NCBI GenBank assembly: GCA_963717445.1
Contig: OY970334.1
Location: 3,891,406-3,955,405, forward strand
Reading direction: 5' to 3'
Source: an uncultured Bacteroidota bacterium
GTDB taxonomy: Bacteria; Bacteroidota; Ignavibacteria; UBA10030; UBA8401
Length of the DNA: 64,000 nucleotides
The notes beneath the pieces were generated by a model. It worked only from the letters and a program-made list of their open reading frames with translations, did no database searches and was not told where the DNA came from. The position numbers were made by a program, and so were the translations under genes. This document shows positions 9,103-19,223 of the stretch, piece after piece. Numbering within the stretch: position 1 is the first letter of the stretch; each line of letters starts with the position of its first letter.

Positions 9103-10206
9103 ATGAAAACACTCACTCGTGACCATGTGCTGGAAGCTTTGCGAAATGTGCGCGACCCCGACCTTCAAAAGGATATTGTCGCGCTTAATTTTGTTAAGGA
9201 TGTACAAATCAACGGGAATGACCTTCGCTTCACCATTGAGCTTACTACTCCATCTTGTCCTGTCCGCGACAAGTTAAAAGCTGAATCGGAAAAAGCAATT
9301 CGTTCCTCAATTTCCGGCATCGGTGCGATTGAAATTGCGATGACATCGAATGTTACGTCGCGGCAATCGGCACAGCCGGGTCCGCTGTTGACGGGCGTGA
9401 AAAACACGATCGCCGTCGCCAGCGGCAAAGGTGGCGTAGGAAAATCGACGGTTGCGGTCAACCTTGCCGTCGCGCTGGCAAGGGATGGTGCGAGCGTCGG
9501 CCTTATAGATTGCGATGTGTATGGACCGAGCATCCCACTGATGTTCAACATCAACGAAAAACCGAAACTTCATAATCAAAAGCTTCAGCCGCTTGAGAAA
9601 TACGGCGTGAAGGTCATGTCGATCGGCTTTTTGGTCGACCCGTTGCAGGCAGTGATCTGGAGAGGCCCGATGGCGAGCGGTGCGGTGCGGCAATTCATGT
9701 CCGATGTCGAATGGGGAACGCTCGATTACTTGATTTTCGACATGCCGCCCGGGACCGGCGATATTCAATTGACGCTGGTCCAGCAAATTCCGTTGACGGG
9801 TGCAGTAATTGTGACGACGCCGCAGGAGATTTCTCTCGCCGATGCCCGAAAAGGGTTGATGATGTTCAACAAAGTGAACGTGCCGATCCTCGGAATTATC
9901 GAAAACATGAGCTATTTTATCTGCTCCCATTGCGGAACGCGCGAGAATATTTTTGATGCCGGAGGAGGCGCGAAAGCGTCGAAAGAGCTTGGCGTGCCGT
10001 TCCTCGGAGAAATACCGATTGACACGAATATTCGTCTCGGCGGCGACGTCGGAAGACCTATCGTTGAATCTGACCCGAAGAGCCCGCAATCCGTGATCAT
10101 TTCACAGATCGCGCGCAACCTTGCGGCGCAGATCAGCATTAAAAATTTATCCCACAATGCAGCTCCGTCAATCGAGATTTCTTTGGGGGCGGCGCAACAA
10201 AACTGA
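9103..10206 (+). CDS. apbC: Mrp/ApbC-type Fe-S cluster carrier ATPase with N-terminal DUF59 domain
   Basis: Walker A AVASGKGGVGKST, CxxC motif (ICSHCG), and an N-terminal MIP18-like domain. Confidence 0.9.
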   Translation: MKTLTRDHVLEALRNVRDPDLQKDIVALNFVKDVQINGNDLRFTIELTTPSCPVRDKLKAESEKAIRSSISGIGAIEIAMTSNVTSRQSAQPGPLLTGVKNTIAVASGKGGVGKSTVAVNLAVALARDGASVGLIDCDVYGPSIPLMFNINEKPKLHNQKLQPLEKYGVKVMSIGFLVDPLQAVIWRGPMASGAVRQFMSDVEWGTLDYLIFDMPPGTGDIQLTLVQQIPLTGAVIVTTPQEISLADARKGLMMFNKVNVPILGIIENMSYFICSHCGTRENIFDAGGGAKASKELGVPFLGEIPIDTNIRLGGDVGRPIVESDPKSPQSVIISQIARNLAAQISIKNLSHNAAPSIEISLGAAQQN

Positions 10207-10433
10207 TGAAAGAAAGAGTCCTAACATCGTTGGCGGCCGTTCGTCCGTTTTTACAGATTGACGGTGGAGATGTCGAGCTTGTCGATATTACGAGCGACGG
10301 CATCGTCAAAGTGAAGCTCGTCGGCGCGTGCGCATCGTGTCCGATGTCGATCATGACGTTGCGCGGTGGGATTGAACGGGCGTTGATGCTGGAAATTCCT
10401 GAGGTGCGGAGGGTGGAAGCAGTGGCGGGCTGA
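10206..10433 (+). CDS. NifU-like (Nfu C-terminal domain) Fe-S scaffold protein
   Basis: LQIDGGDVELVDI…VKLVGACASCPMSIMTLRGGIE. Start overlaps the apbC stop. Confidence 0.85.
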   Translation: MKERVLTSLAAVRPFLQIDGGDVELVDITSDGIVKVKLVGACASCPMSIMTLRGGIERALMLEIPEVRRVEAVAG

Positions 10434-10456
10434 AAAGCCGTGTTTGTGAAGCAGCA

Positions 10457-11122
10457 TTACGCTTTCAATTTTACATCGAAAACTTTCCTTTCTTTGATCT
10501 GCACAATCCTTTCCTGCGCTTTCCTTACCAAATCGTAATTGTGCGTTGCCATGAGCACGGCGGTGCCGTGTGCGTTGATGTCTTTGAGCAGCTTTAAAAT
10601 ATCGAGCGATGTTGAAGGGTCAAGGTTGCCGGTCGGCTCATCTGCCAGAAGGAGGATCGGCTCATTGACGAGGGCACGGGCGATGGCGACACGCTGTTGC
10701 TCGCCTCCCGAGAGTTGATGTGGCATGCTGTTGCGCTTATGGCTGAGCCCGACGCTGGCGAGGACGTTCAACACGTTCTTCTTGATGTCGACCGTGCGTG
10801 TGTTTGTGACGTACAGCGAAAAAGCGACGTTGTCGTAGACGGAACGGTCTTCCAGCAATTTAAAGTCCTGATACACAACGCCGAGTTTTCTCCTCAGCAA
10901 AGGGATCTGTTTTGAGGAAATAGCGCTCGACAGGAATTTTCCAACCATCACCGAGCCGGTGTCTGGAAACAAATCCATGTACAGCAGCCGGAGGAGCGTG
11001 CTCTTGCCGCTTCCGGTTGTCCCGACGAGCGAGACAAATTCGCCCGCCTCGATTGCGAGGTTAACATGGTCCAAAACGGCTTGACGGTTGAACGAGACAC
11101 AGACATCGGAGAGGCGTACCAT
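10457..11122 (-). CDS. ftsE: FtsE-like ABC transporter ATP-binding protein
   Basis: 221 aa with Walker [25 protein letters not shown] signature and Walker B LLADEP. No adjacent ftsX. Confidence 0.75.
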   Translation of the reverse strand: MVRLSDVCVSFNRQAVLDHVNLAIEAGEFVSLVGTTGSGKSTLLRLLYMDLFPDTGSVMVGKFLSSAISSKQIPLLRRKLGVVYQDFKLLEDRSVYDNVAFSLYVTNTRTVDIKKNVLNVLASVGLSHKRNSMPHQLSGGEQQRVAIARALVNEPILLLADEPTGNLDPSTSLDILKLLKDINAHGTAVLMATHNYDLVRKAQERIVQIKERKVFDVKLKA

Positions 11123-11166
11123 GGTGCGGAAAATGATAGAATAAGTTTAGCTTCTTGACAAGATCG

Positions 11167-12162
11167 TTATTTTTTTCTGTTCATTGCAACGGTCCGCGCA
11201 AGCTGAACCGCCGCGATCATGCTTCGTGGGTCCGCGATGCCTTTGCCGGCGATGTCGAAGGCCGTTCCGTGATCGGGCGAGGTGCGGATGATGTTCAGCC
11301 CAGCCGAAAAATTCACGCCTTCATTGAACCCGGTCATTTTCAGCGGAATCAGTCCCTGGTCGTGATACATTGCCAGCACGGCGTCGAACTCTTTCTGCTT
11401 CGATGTTGCAAAGAAGGCGTCCGCAGGGAACGGACCCGACGCGCTGATCCCTTTTTCCACCGCCTTCATTATTGCAGGCTCGATGATTTCAATCTCTTCA
11501 AGCCCGATAGCGCCATGCTCGCCTGCATGAGGATTTAAGCCGAGCACGGCGATTTTTGGAGCCTTAATGCGAAAGTCATTTTTCAGGGAAGCATCGATGG
11601 TCTCGAGCTTTTCAACAATACGTTCGATGAAAATGTTTTCTGCCACTTTTTGAATCGGGAGGTGAATCGTCGTAAGGCCGACGCGAAAGGATTTCGCTAT
11701 CAACATCATCGTTACACGGCTTGACCGGCTCAGCATCGCAAGCATTTCCGTCTGTCCAGGAAAATTGTATCCCGCTATATGAAGCGACTCTTTTGAAACG
11801 GGTCCTGTAACCATTGCATCCGCTTCTCCGTCGATGCACATCCGCACTGCTTTTTCAATCGACATTCCTGCGCAAATGCCGGCATCGGGAGCCGGTTTGC
11901 CGATTTGAAGGTTCTTTACGGTGGCTTGATAGATGTTCACGACAGGAACGGCGTTTGCCGGGACAGCCTCGGACGGCGATTGCACGGCAACCAGCTTTTT
12001 TTTCGTCTTCAGCTTCTTCGCATAATGCTCAAAGATTTCAAACGAGCCGACAAGTATCGGCTGGATCGTTTTTAGGAGGGAGGGGGTGTCGATATTTTTG
12101 AGGATGACTTCAGGAGCGATGCCGTTAAAATCTCCAATGGTAAAAGCAATACGAGGCTTCAT
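11167..12162 (-). CDS. pdxA: 4-hydroxythreonine-4-phosphate dehydrogenase
   Basis: MKPRIAFTIGDFNGIAPEV…HDQGLIPLKM…GLNIIRTSPDHGTAFDIAGKG is the PdxA family signature. Confidence 0.9.
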   Translation of the reverse strand: MKPRIAFTIGDFNGIAPEVILKNIDTPSLLKTIQPILVGSFEIFEHYAKKLKTKKKLVAVQSPSEAVPANAVPVVNIYQATVKNLQIGKPAPDAGICAGMSIEKAVRMCIDGEADAMVTGPVSKESLHIAGYNFPGQTEMLAMLSRSSRVTMMLIAKSFRVGLTTIHLPIQKVAENIFIERIVEKLETIDASLKNDFRIKAPKIAVLGLNPHAGEHGAIGLEEIEIIEPAIMKAVEKGISASGPFPADAFFATSKQKEFDAVLAMYHDQGLIPLKMTGFNEGVNFSAGLNIIRTSPDHGTAFDIAGKGIADPRSMIAAVQLARTVAMNRKK

Positions 12163-13568
12163 TTAGTTCCGGATGCAATGAGTTTATAGTTTCCCTGGCG
12201 GCTTGGGTCTTCAAAGATAAATTCTTTATTGAGTGATGCATAGGTCCAGACTTCTCTCGGCGGCCCTCCCGGTGCGAGCGAACGTTCGATGTTCGACGGC
12301 TTGCCATACAAAATATAGATCTTTCCCCGGTCGGTCAGGACGCCGTTTTCCTCTCTCAACGTTCTGAAATTTGCGAACGCGTAGTCGACTCGTTGGAAGT
12401 ACACCGCCATCATCTCGTTGTATGCGGACCCCGGCACGTTGTTGCGCTTTGCCCAGAACTCTTCAAATTTTTTTATCCGCGCATCTCTGCTTCCGCTCCT
12501 GAGATCGTCGTATTCACTGTCGGTGGTAATGTATCTCATTGCCGAGACGGAAAAATCTAAATCATACAACGACAACGGCATGTCCCTCCAGCGGATGGAA
12601 AATTCTTTGTTCACGGTTGCCGTATCCTTGGCGGAAATGTGAATACGGGCTGTATATTGTCCTTGCTTCAAATGCGAGGTCAATAGCGGGAAATAGACGG
12701 TTGCAGTCGTTGCGTTGCTGTCCAAGACATACTCGATGTTTCCGGAATTTGTCGGGAGCAACCGGAGCAACGAATGGTGGATAACAGTCGCTGTTGCAGT
12801 TGTTTCTTCCTGAACGACGATTCGTTCTCTATCTTCCGGCATGAATTGCGTCAACGAGTATCTCACCGTGACCGGCGCGTTTTCGTCCTTGATTGTAAGA
12901 ACCGTTCCTGTGTTCTTTGAGAACTGTGCGGCGTTGTTGTCGTTCAGCGCTGTAAAACTTCGTTCGGATAATGGCCGGTCGGTCGGTTCGATAAACAGGG
13001 CCGTCGATCGGACGACTGCGTCAGGCCGGAATCGAACGACGCGCAAAATTTGTTTTCGGTCCCCAAATTCTCGTTGAGATTCATTATCCTCGAGGTGGTA
13101 CACAGTCGTGAAACGCCCCGGATGCACAACGAACGATGCCGCCCCCTGATAATATTGGAGTCGCAACTGGGTGATTTCGTTGTCCGGGATATCTAGACTA
13201 ATGGCCTGGACTTTTCTGGAAACCGACGTGTCGGTGGAATCGATCAACTCGATGAGTAATTCGCCATGGGCCCGGTATGACGGCACATTGGTCGAAAAAT
13301 CCCGTGTGAAAACAAAAAAATCGAACCGCACCCGGTAGAGGATATCGACCCGCACCAATCCGGAATCCTCGGCGAACATGTGGGGCTCGAAGCTGACAAT
13401 TTCCATTGGCGATCGCTCTCCGGATCTGCCCCCTTCGCCGAATCGTTCCCGTTCTTCATCCTGTGCCTGTAACGGCGAAAAACCTGCAAGCACACAAAGG
13501 AACCCGCACACGGCGAAAAGAATTTCGATCCAGCCTCTACGCATATTTGATATCATGAAGAAATGCAC
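12159..13568 (-). CDS. GWxTD domain-containing secreted protein
   Basis: C-terminal ENGVLTDRGKIYILYGKPSNIE (a GWxTD-like motif with W replaced by V). N-terminal signal peptide/TM. Confidence 0.6.
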   Translation of the reverse strand: MHFFMISNMRRGWIEILFAVCGFLCVLAGFSPLQAQDEERERFGEGGRSGERSPMEIVSFEPHMFAEDSGLVRVDILYRVRFDFFVFTRDFSTNVPSYRAHGELLIELIDSTDTSVSRKVQAISLDIPDNEITQLRLQYYQGAASFVVHPGRFTTVYHLEDNESQREFGDRKQILRVVRFRPDAVVRSTALFIEPTDRPLSERSFTALNDNNAAQFSKNTGTVLTIKDENAPVTVRYSLTQFMPEDRERIVVQEETTATATVIHHSLLRLLPTNSGNIEYVLDSNATTATVYFPLLTSHLKQGQYTARIHISAKDTATVNKEFSIRWRDMPLSLYDLDFSVSAMRYITTDSEYDDLRSGSRDARIKKFEEFWAKRNNVPGSAYNEMMAVYFQRVDYAFANFRTLREENGVLTDRGKIYILYGKPSNIERSLAPGGPPREVWTYASLNKEFIFEDPSRQGNYKLIASGTK

Positions 13569-15108
13569 CGTCTTGTCTGCCGATAATTTTTTGTGGATTG
13601 AAGATATTCTGTGGGTCGAGCGTTTCTTTAATCTTTTTGAAAATTCCGTATATCTCCGGACCGAACGCCCGCTCTAAGAACGGGGTCCGGACAAATCCGT
13701 CGCCGTGTTCCGCGGAGAGAACGCCGTCGAGCTTGATGATGAGGTCGAACACCTCTTGCGTCGCACCCTCAATCTGCTTTCTTCCGGATTCGGTTGTCAC
13801 CTCTCCAAACGTTGAACAATGGATATGCCCCATCCCCGCGTGGCCATAGACCGTGAAGGCAATGCGGTGCGCGTCGAGGATTTTTTTTAGTCCGGCAATA
13901 TACGCGGGAAGATTTCGGAGCGGTACAGCCCCGTCTTCGACGGTAGAAATCTTGTGTTCATGAGACGGCAAGTGATTAATCATTTCGGAAACCGTTTCTC
14001 TTACCATCCAGAGTGATTGCCGTTCGGCCTCGGTGTTCAATGAAATCCAATCGAGAAGAATGTTTGCCCGTTGAAGCTCACTGCGGAGCGATTCGGCTTG
14101 GTGGCGGAGCGAACCGGCATCGTCGCCTTCGAATTCGATAAGCAGCATCGTTTGGAAATCCCGGTCGATAAACCGGTCGCTTATAGCACTTAATCCCTTG
14201 CCCACGTCGGTGTACGATTTATCGAGCAGCTCTATGGCGGCAGGAGAGAAGCTGCGGGCGATTTGCGTTGCTTCGGCCGTATGTTCATACGAGCGAAAAT
14301 ATGCCGCTGCTGCGACGGTCGCTTTCGGCAAAGGAAGAATGTTCAATGTCGCTTCTGTGACAATTGCAAGCGTTCCCTCGGAGCCGCAAATCAGCCTTGT
14401 CGCATCGAAATGGTTGCCCCGGAGCGATTCGAAAATATTATACCCGCTTGAATATTTTTCTACCGACGGTTTGTGTACGTCAATCACCTGTTGTTGTTGA
14501 TGGAGAATATTTTTCACATGAGAGAAACGGTTGCGCGCTTCAGGGGTTAGACGGCTTTCTTCTTCGTTTGGATTAATAACCGCCGCATCTCCGTTTGAGA
14601 GAACAACGGTGAGACTTTTGACCTGGTTTTTCGTCGACCCATACCGCAAGCCGTGTGCACCGGCAGCGTTGGTGGCGACTGAGCCGCCGACAGTGCACAG
14701 CTTTGCGCTCTGAGGGTCAATCGGATAGAATTTTCCAAGCGGCTGCAGCATGGAGCTTACATCGTTTAGAATGCAGCCGGCCTCGGCAGTCACGGATGAC
14801 GCTTCTTCTGAAATCTTCACCACGTGACTCATATACTTCGTGAAGTCAAGAATAACCCCGAAGCCTACTGCCTGACCGACTAATCCCGAGCCGCCTCCGC
14901 GCGGGATCAGGGCGATCTCATATTCAGCACACAATCGAACGATGCGCTGGACATCCTCAATATTTTTTGGAGCCACAACACCGACAGGCATCACTTTATA
15001 CATGCACGTCGCCGTGCTGAACTCGGTCCGTTTATCTACGTCGAACCAGACATCCCCGGAAATCTGCCGGCGTAATTCTTTTTCGACGGTTGCAAAGGGA
15101 GAATACAT
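13537..15108 (-). CDS. FAD-linked oxidase (GlcD/D-lactate dehydrogenase family)
   Basis: FAD-binding PCMH-type N-domain (ALIPRGGGSGLVGQAV) and a C-terminal FAD-oxidase domain. About 520 aa. Confidence 0.8.
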   Translation of the reverse strand: MYSPFATVEKELRRQISGDVWFDVDKRTEFSTATCMYKVMPVGVVAPKNIEDVQRIVRLCAEYEIALIPRGGGSGLVGQAVGFGVILDFTKYMSHVVKISEEASSVTAEAGCILNDVSSMLQPLGKFYPIDPQSAKLCTVGGSVATNAAGAHGLRYGSTKNQVKSLTVVLSNGDAAVINPNEEESRLTPEARNRFSHVKNILHQQQQVIDVHKPSVEKYSSGYNIFESLRGNHFDATRLICGSEGTLAIVTEATLNILPLPKATVAAAAYFRSYEHTAEATQIARSFSPAAIELLDKSYTDVGKGLSAISDRFIDRDFQTMLLIEFEGDDAGSLRHQAESLRSELQRANILLDWISLNTEAERQSLWMVRETVSEMINHLPSHEHKISTVEDGAVPLRNLPAYIAGLKKILDAHRIAFTVYGHAGMGHIHCSTFGEVTTESGRKQIEGATQEVFDLIIKLDGVLSAEHGDGFVRTPFLERAFGPEIYGIFKKIKETLDPQNIFNPQKIIGRQDGAFLHDIKYA

Positions 15109-15209
15109 GGTTAGAAGATAGAAAGATGATCGCGCAAACGCAATACAATCGACTTCAAGCTATCCGATTGCTTGGAGCAATCGGATAGCTTAATCGCCGA
15201 GGCAAGACA

Positions 15210-16409
15210 TCACAGTGCGATCAATGACGCTTGAATGATCTCGTCTCCTCTCTTTCGTATTTCTGCAAGAACTTCGTCGGTGGGACGGGCGTCGAGCTTC
15301 ATGGTGCAGCAAGCAGTTTGCTGTCCTTCGAAGATCACATTTTCGACTTCCTGGACATTGATCTTCGAGGTCTTTAGATCTTCCAACACGTTGGCAAGAA
15401 CACCCGGCTTGTCGAAATGGCGAACTACCAATTGCCACTTTGCCGCCGTTTTTTTTGCGCGGTTCACCCAATTGCGGACAATTCCTTGATGAATGTAATC
15501 GTTGATAATGGAAACGACCTCTGCGGCGACGGCATTCTGCGCCTGGTTCGTCGATGCGCCGATGTGGTGCGTGCCGTACACTCCCGGCATTGACGCAAGG
15601 GGATGAGAATACGGTCCGCTTTTTTCTTCGGGCTCATTTGAAAAAACATCGGCTCCAGCTTTCACAATCCCTGCTGCAACTGCTTCGCGAAGAGCGGTTT
15701 CATCCACCACCTCTGCACGGGAGGTGTTCAAGAAAATTGTTCCCGGTTTCATCATTTGAATGATGTTTTTGTTGATGAGGTTTCTTGTTTCAGGCTTCAA
15801 CGCGACGTGAACGGAGACGATGTTGCATTGCGGAACGAGGGCTTCAACCGATGCGGCGTATTCGATTTCTAATTTCTCCGCTTTTTCCGGCGTGAGCGAA
15901 CGCGACCATGCGATCACACGCAGGCCGAATGCTTTTGCCCGGGTGATCATTTCTCTTCCGATCTGCCCCACGCCGATGATGCCGATGGTCTTTCCGAAAA
16001 TGCCATCAGCTTTGGAGTACTCGCTTTTGTTCCATTTTCCGTTGCGGAGGTCTGTGACGTTTTCAACGATTCGCCGGTCGAGCGAGAGAAGAAGCGCCAT
16101 CGTTAATTCGGCAACGGCGATCGAATTTTTCCCGGGACAGTTGGCAACATAAATGCCTCGGGTGTTTGCCGCTTTGACGTTGATGGTGTTTACACCGGCC
16201 CCGGCACGAATGATCAAGCTAAGGTGCTTGCCGGCGTTGATGCAGTCGGCGTGGACTTCCGTTGAACGGACGATGAGTACAGAGGCATCGCCGATATTTG
16301 CCGCAAGCTCTTCAGCTTTGAGTTTCGGCTTATATTGCGCTTCGACGCCAAGGTTTGAAATTTCCGAGATGTACGATTGGGGAAATGAATCTGCAATGAG
16401 GATTTTCAT
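15210..16409 (-). CDS. serA: D-3-phosphoglycerate dehydrogenase with C-terminal ACT domain
   Basis: NAD-binding GIIGVGQIGREM motif, 2-hydroxyacid dehydrogenase catalytic residues, and a C-terminal ACT-like region. Confidence 0.85.
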   Translation of the reverse strand: MKILIADSFPQSYISEISNLGVEAQYKPKLKAEELAANIGDASVLIVRSTEVHADCINAGKHLSLIIRAGAGVNTINVKAANTRGIYVANCPGKNSIAVAELTMALLLSLDRRIVENVTDLRNGKWNKSEYSKADGIFGKTIGIIGVGQIGREMITRAKAFGLRVIAWSRSLTPEKAEKLEIEYAASVEALVPQCNIVSVHVALKPETRNLINKNIIQMMKPGTIFLNTSRAEVVDETALREAVAAGIVKAGADVFSNEPEEKSGPYSHPLASMPGVYGTHHIGASTNQAQNAVAAEVVSIINDYIHQGIVRNWVNRAKKTAAKWQLVVRHFDKPGVLANVLEDLKTSKINVQEVENVIFEGQQTACCTMKLDARPTDEVLAEIRKRGDEIIQASLIAL

Positions 16410-16498
16410 AGGATAAGCCTTTCAAATAAATATTTAATGTTTGAAAGGTACGATTGAATTTGTCAATTATCAATGAACAAATAGCAATTGACCAAAGA

Positions 16499-17056
16499 CT
16501 ACGGACTAAGGCCTACGGCCTGCGGACGATCGCTTGAACCTGAACCCAATACGGTGTCTATCTCGGCCTTGAAGGTTTTGTAATTCTTCTGTCCGAACAT
16601 AAACGCTCGCTGTTTGCCAGTTGCGTCAAAGATAAACGTTGCCGGCACTGCGCCACTCCACGACGGGTTGAGCGCATTGATGAAATCCTCATCTTTTTTG
16701 ATGTTTGCAACGTAGACCGTGAACGGGACGTTTTGACTGGCAAGGAATGGCAGGATTTTCGATTCGACTTCATCGGGATAATCTACACTGATGGCCACAA
16801 TATCTACCGCAGCGTTTCGATATTCGTTGGAAAGCTTGACGATGTCGGGAAATTCTTCAACACACGGCTGGCACCACGTTGCCCACACGTTGAGGAATAG
16901 AATTTTCTCTTTTCGGTCGTGAAGAAGCCGGTCGAGGCCTTTCTCATCAATCGGCTCGACTGACCGGAACGTTTGTTTACTCTGGGCGGGTGAAATACTT
17001 ACGCCGGCACAAACGGCGCCGGCGAGGAGAGCGATGTACCAGAGGCACTTCATCAA
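16499..17056 (-). CDS. TlpA-like thiol-disulfide oxidoreductase (thioredoxin fold, periplasmic)
   Basis: WATWCQPCVEEFP active site with a signal peptide. Confidence 0.8.
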   Translation of the reverse strand: MMKCLWYIALLAGAVCAGVSISPAQSKQTFRSVEPIDEKGLDRLLHDRKEKILFLNVWATWCQPCVEEFPDIVKLSNEYRNAAVDIVAISVDYPDEVESKILPFLASQNVPFTVYVANIKKDEDFINALNPSWSGAVPATFIFDATGKQRAFMFGQKNYKTFKAEIDTVLGSGSSDRPQAVGLSP

Positions 17057-17619
17057 TCTACTTTTTTGATGGTGCAGCCGAAGGCCTTTGTCGTGGAGAC
17101 GGAGACCGGTTTCCCGGCGAGAATTTCATCGAGCGCATTTCGAAGGTCGTGCGATGTAACATTCGCTTCCCGTCGTGAGTCATCGATTCTGCCGTGGTAA
17201 AGAATTTCGAGCGATGGATTGAGGATGAAAATTTCCGGGGTCACCGTCGCCCCGAATTTATCGGCGATGACGTTCTTATCGTCTTTGAGGATGGTAAATT
17301 CAAACCCGTGGTCTTTCGCGTGTTGTCTGACTTCTTCAACACTTTCCTGCTTGTTGGAATTGATCCCGATGAAAACAACGTTCTTCCCTTTGTAATCATT
17401 GTATAAAGACACCATGCGGCCATTGTATCCGTTTGAGACCGGGCATTGCGTCGCAATAAACATCACCACGACTGCTTTCGCGTTTTTGTAATCCGTGAGC
17501 GAGTGTTTAACTCCGTTGTAATCTGGGAGAGTGAAGCTTTCCGCTTTCACCGGCTCTCCGGCTAACACTGCCGAGAATATAAAGAGTGAAAGAATAAATA
17601 ACATCACAATATTTCGCAT
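17053..17619 (-). CDS. redoxin/AhpC-TSA family thiol-disulfide oxidoreductase
   Basis: FIATQCPVSNGY active-site region. Signal peptide begins at the internal Met (MRNIVMLFIL…). Confidence 0.7.
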   Translation of the reverse strand: MRNIVMLFILSLFIFSAVLAGEPVKAESFTLPDYNGVKHSLTDYKNAKAVVVMFIATQCPVSNGYNGRMVSLYNDYKGKNVVFIGINSNKQESVEEVRQHAKDHGFEFTILKDDKNVIADKFGATVTPEIFILNPSLEILYHGRIDDSRREANVTSHDLRNALDEILAGKPVSVSTTKAFGCTIKKVD

Positions 17620-17690
17620 GAAGTACCGCTCCTTTCTCTTATTGAAATTAGACGAACGAAAACAACAAAAGTTAAATTGGACGGTCCTTG

Positions 17691-19223
17691 TTATTTCCAT
17701 TTCTTTAAAAATTCGATGAGCAATCGTACCCCGACGCCGGATCCTCCTTTCGGCGCGTAGTCCATATTTTCTTCGAGAATTGCCGTACCCGCAATATCAA
17801 GATGAACCCATCTGTAATCGCCGATGAACTTCTTGAGAAACCATCCCGCAGTAATTGCACCAGCCCACCGCCCGCCCGTATTTTTTACGTCAGCAACGTC
17901 GCTTTTGATCATCTTCTCATATTCATCAAACAAAGGCAGCTGCCATACCCGTTCATACGTTGTATCGCCGGCAATTTTAAGGGCATCCATCGCTTCCTGG
18001 TCATTTCCCATCATGCCGGTCGCAAGATGCCCCAGAGCGACGACGCATGCGCCCGTTAATGTCGCAAGATCGATAACAACGTCGGGTTTATAATGGGATG
18101 CATAACCGAGGGCATCCGCAAGGATAAGCCTTCCTTCTGCATCGGTGTTGTCGACCTCAGAAGTTTTTCCATTATAATGGCGCACAATGTCCCCGGGCTT
18201 CACGGCGGTACCGCTCGGCATGTTTTCTACTGCCGGAATCAATCCCACGACATGCACCGGAAGCTGCAGTTCGGCGAGCGCCTGAAATGTTCCGATGACT
18301 GCCGCCGCACCGCTCATATCCATTTTCATCTCCGCCATGTTTGCTGCCGGTTTTATTGAGATGCCGCCGCTATCGAACGTGACGCCTTTGCCGACGAGGA
18401 CGACAGTCCCGCTTTTTACTTTTCCCGGATTGTGTTCGAGTATCATGAAGCGCGGCGGGTGGTTACTCCCTTTGCTGACGGAGAGAATCCCGCCCATCTT
18501 TAAACTCTCAATTTTTCTTTGGTCGAAGACTGTCGCCTTAAAGCCATGCGCATGTGCCGCCTCCTGCACATTGTACGCCAACGTCTCAGGATAAATTTCG
18601 TTTGAAGGAGCGTTCTCAAGGTCCCGTGCAAGGCACGTTGCGGCTGAAAGGATTTCTCCGTGCCGAACTCCCTCTTGAATTTCGCTCAGCCTTTTTTTGT
18701 CGGACGTGAAGATGGTGAGGCTCTCGAGTTTTTTCTCCTCCTCTTTTATCGTAATGTATTTGTCATATTTATAGACAGAAAGAGCTGCCCCCTCGACAAT
18801 CGCTTGAGCTATCTCGGAAGGGGAGGCTTTTAATGTGAGAGGGGAGAGAGTGGCCATTGGAAATTCAATTCCGAGAGATCCGATTTTCACTGTCTGAGCG
18901 GCTTTGGCGGCGGCGGCAGAGCCCCGGCGGATTTTTTCGAGGGTCAGTTTTTCCGTTTCCCCCATCCCTATAAGGAATAGCCGGGGGGATGCAATTGATT
19001 TCTCGGTATAGAGTGAAAGCAGCTCCCCTTTTTTCGCGGAAAAATCTTTCAGCGAAATCGCCGGCTGTAATTTTTCGCCGATCTGGTTTCCCAAAGCTTC
19101 AATCTGCTCTCCAAGCCCATGCTTATCCTGAAACATAAAAACGGCAATTGCATCTTTCTTTGCATCAGGGAGTGACGTAAGTTCGCATGTAATTTGCATT
19201 TTTTCTCCTTCGTAAAAACTCAA
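17691..19223 (-). CDS. pepA: leucyl aminopeptidase (M17 family)
   Basis: NTDAEGRLILADAL M17 signature and VVLVGKGVTFDSGGISIKP motif. Confidence 0.9.
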   Translation of the reverse strand: MSFYEGEKMQITCELTSLPDAKKDAIAVFMFQDKHGLGEQIEALGNQIGEKLQPAISLKDFSAKKGELLSLYTEKSIASPRLFLIGMGETEKLTLEKIRRGSAAAAKAAQTVKIGSLGIEFPMATLSPLTLKASPSEIAQAIVEGAALSVYKYDKYITIKEEEKKLESLTIFTSDKKRLSEIQEGVRHGEILSAATCLARDLENAPSNEIYPETLAYNVQEAAHAHGFKATVFDQRKIESLKMGGILSVSKGSNHPPRFMILEHNPGKVKSGTVVLVGKGVTFDSGGISIKPAANMAEMKMDMSGAAAVIGTFQALAELQLPVHVVGLIPAVENMPSGTAVKPGDIVRHYNGKTSEVDNTDAEGRLILADALGYASHYKPDVVIDLATLTGACVVALGHLATGMMGNDQEAMDALKIAGDTTYERVWQLPLFDEYEKMIKSDVADVKNTGGRWAGAITAGWFLKKFIGDYRWVHLDIAGTAILEENMDYAPKGGSGVGVRLLIEFLKKWK

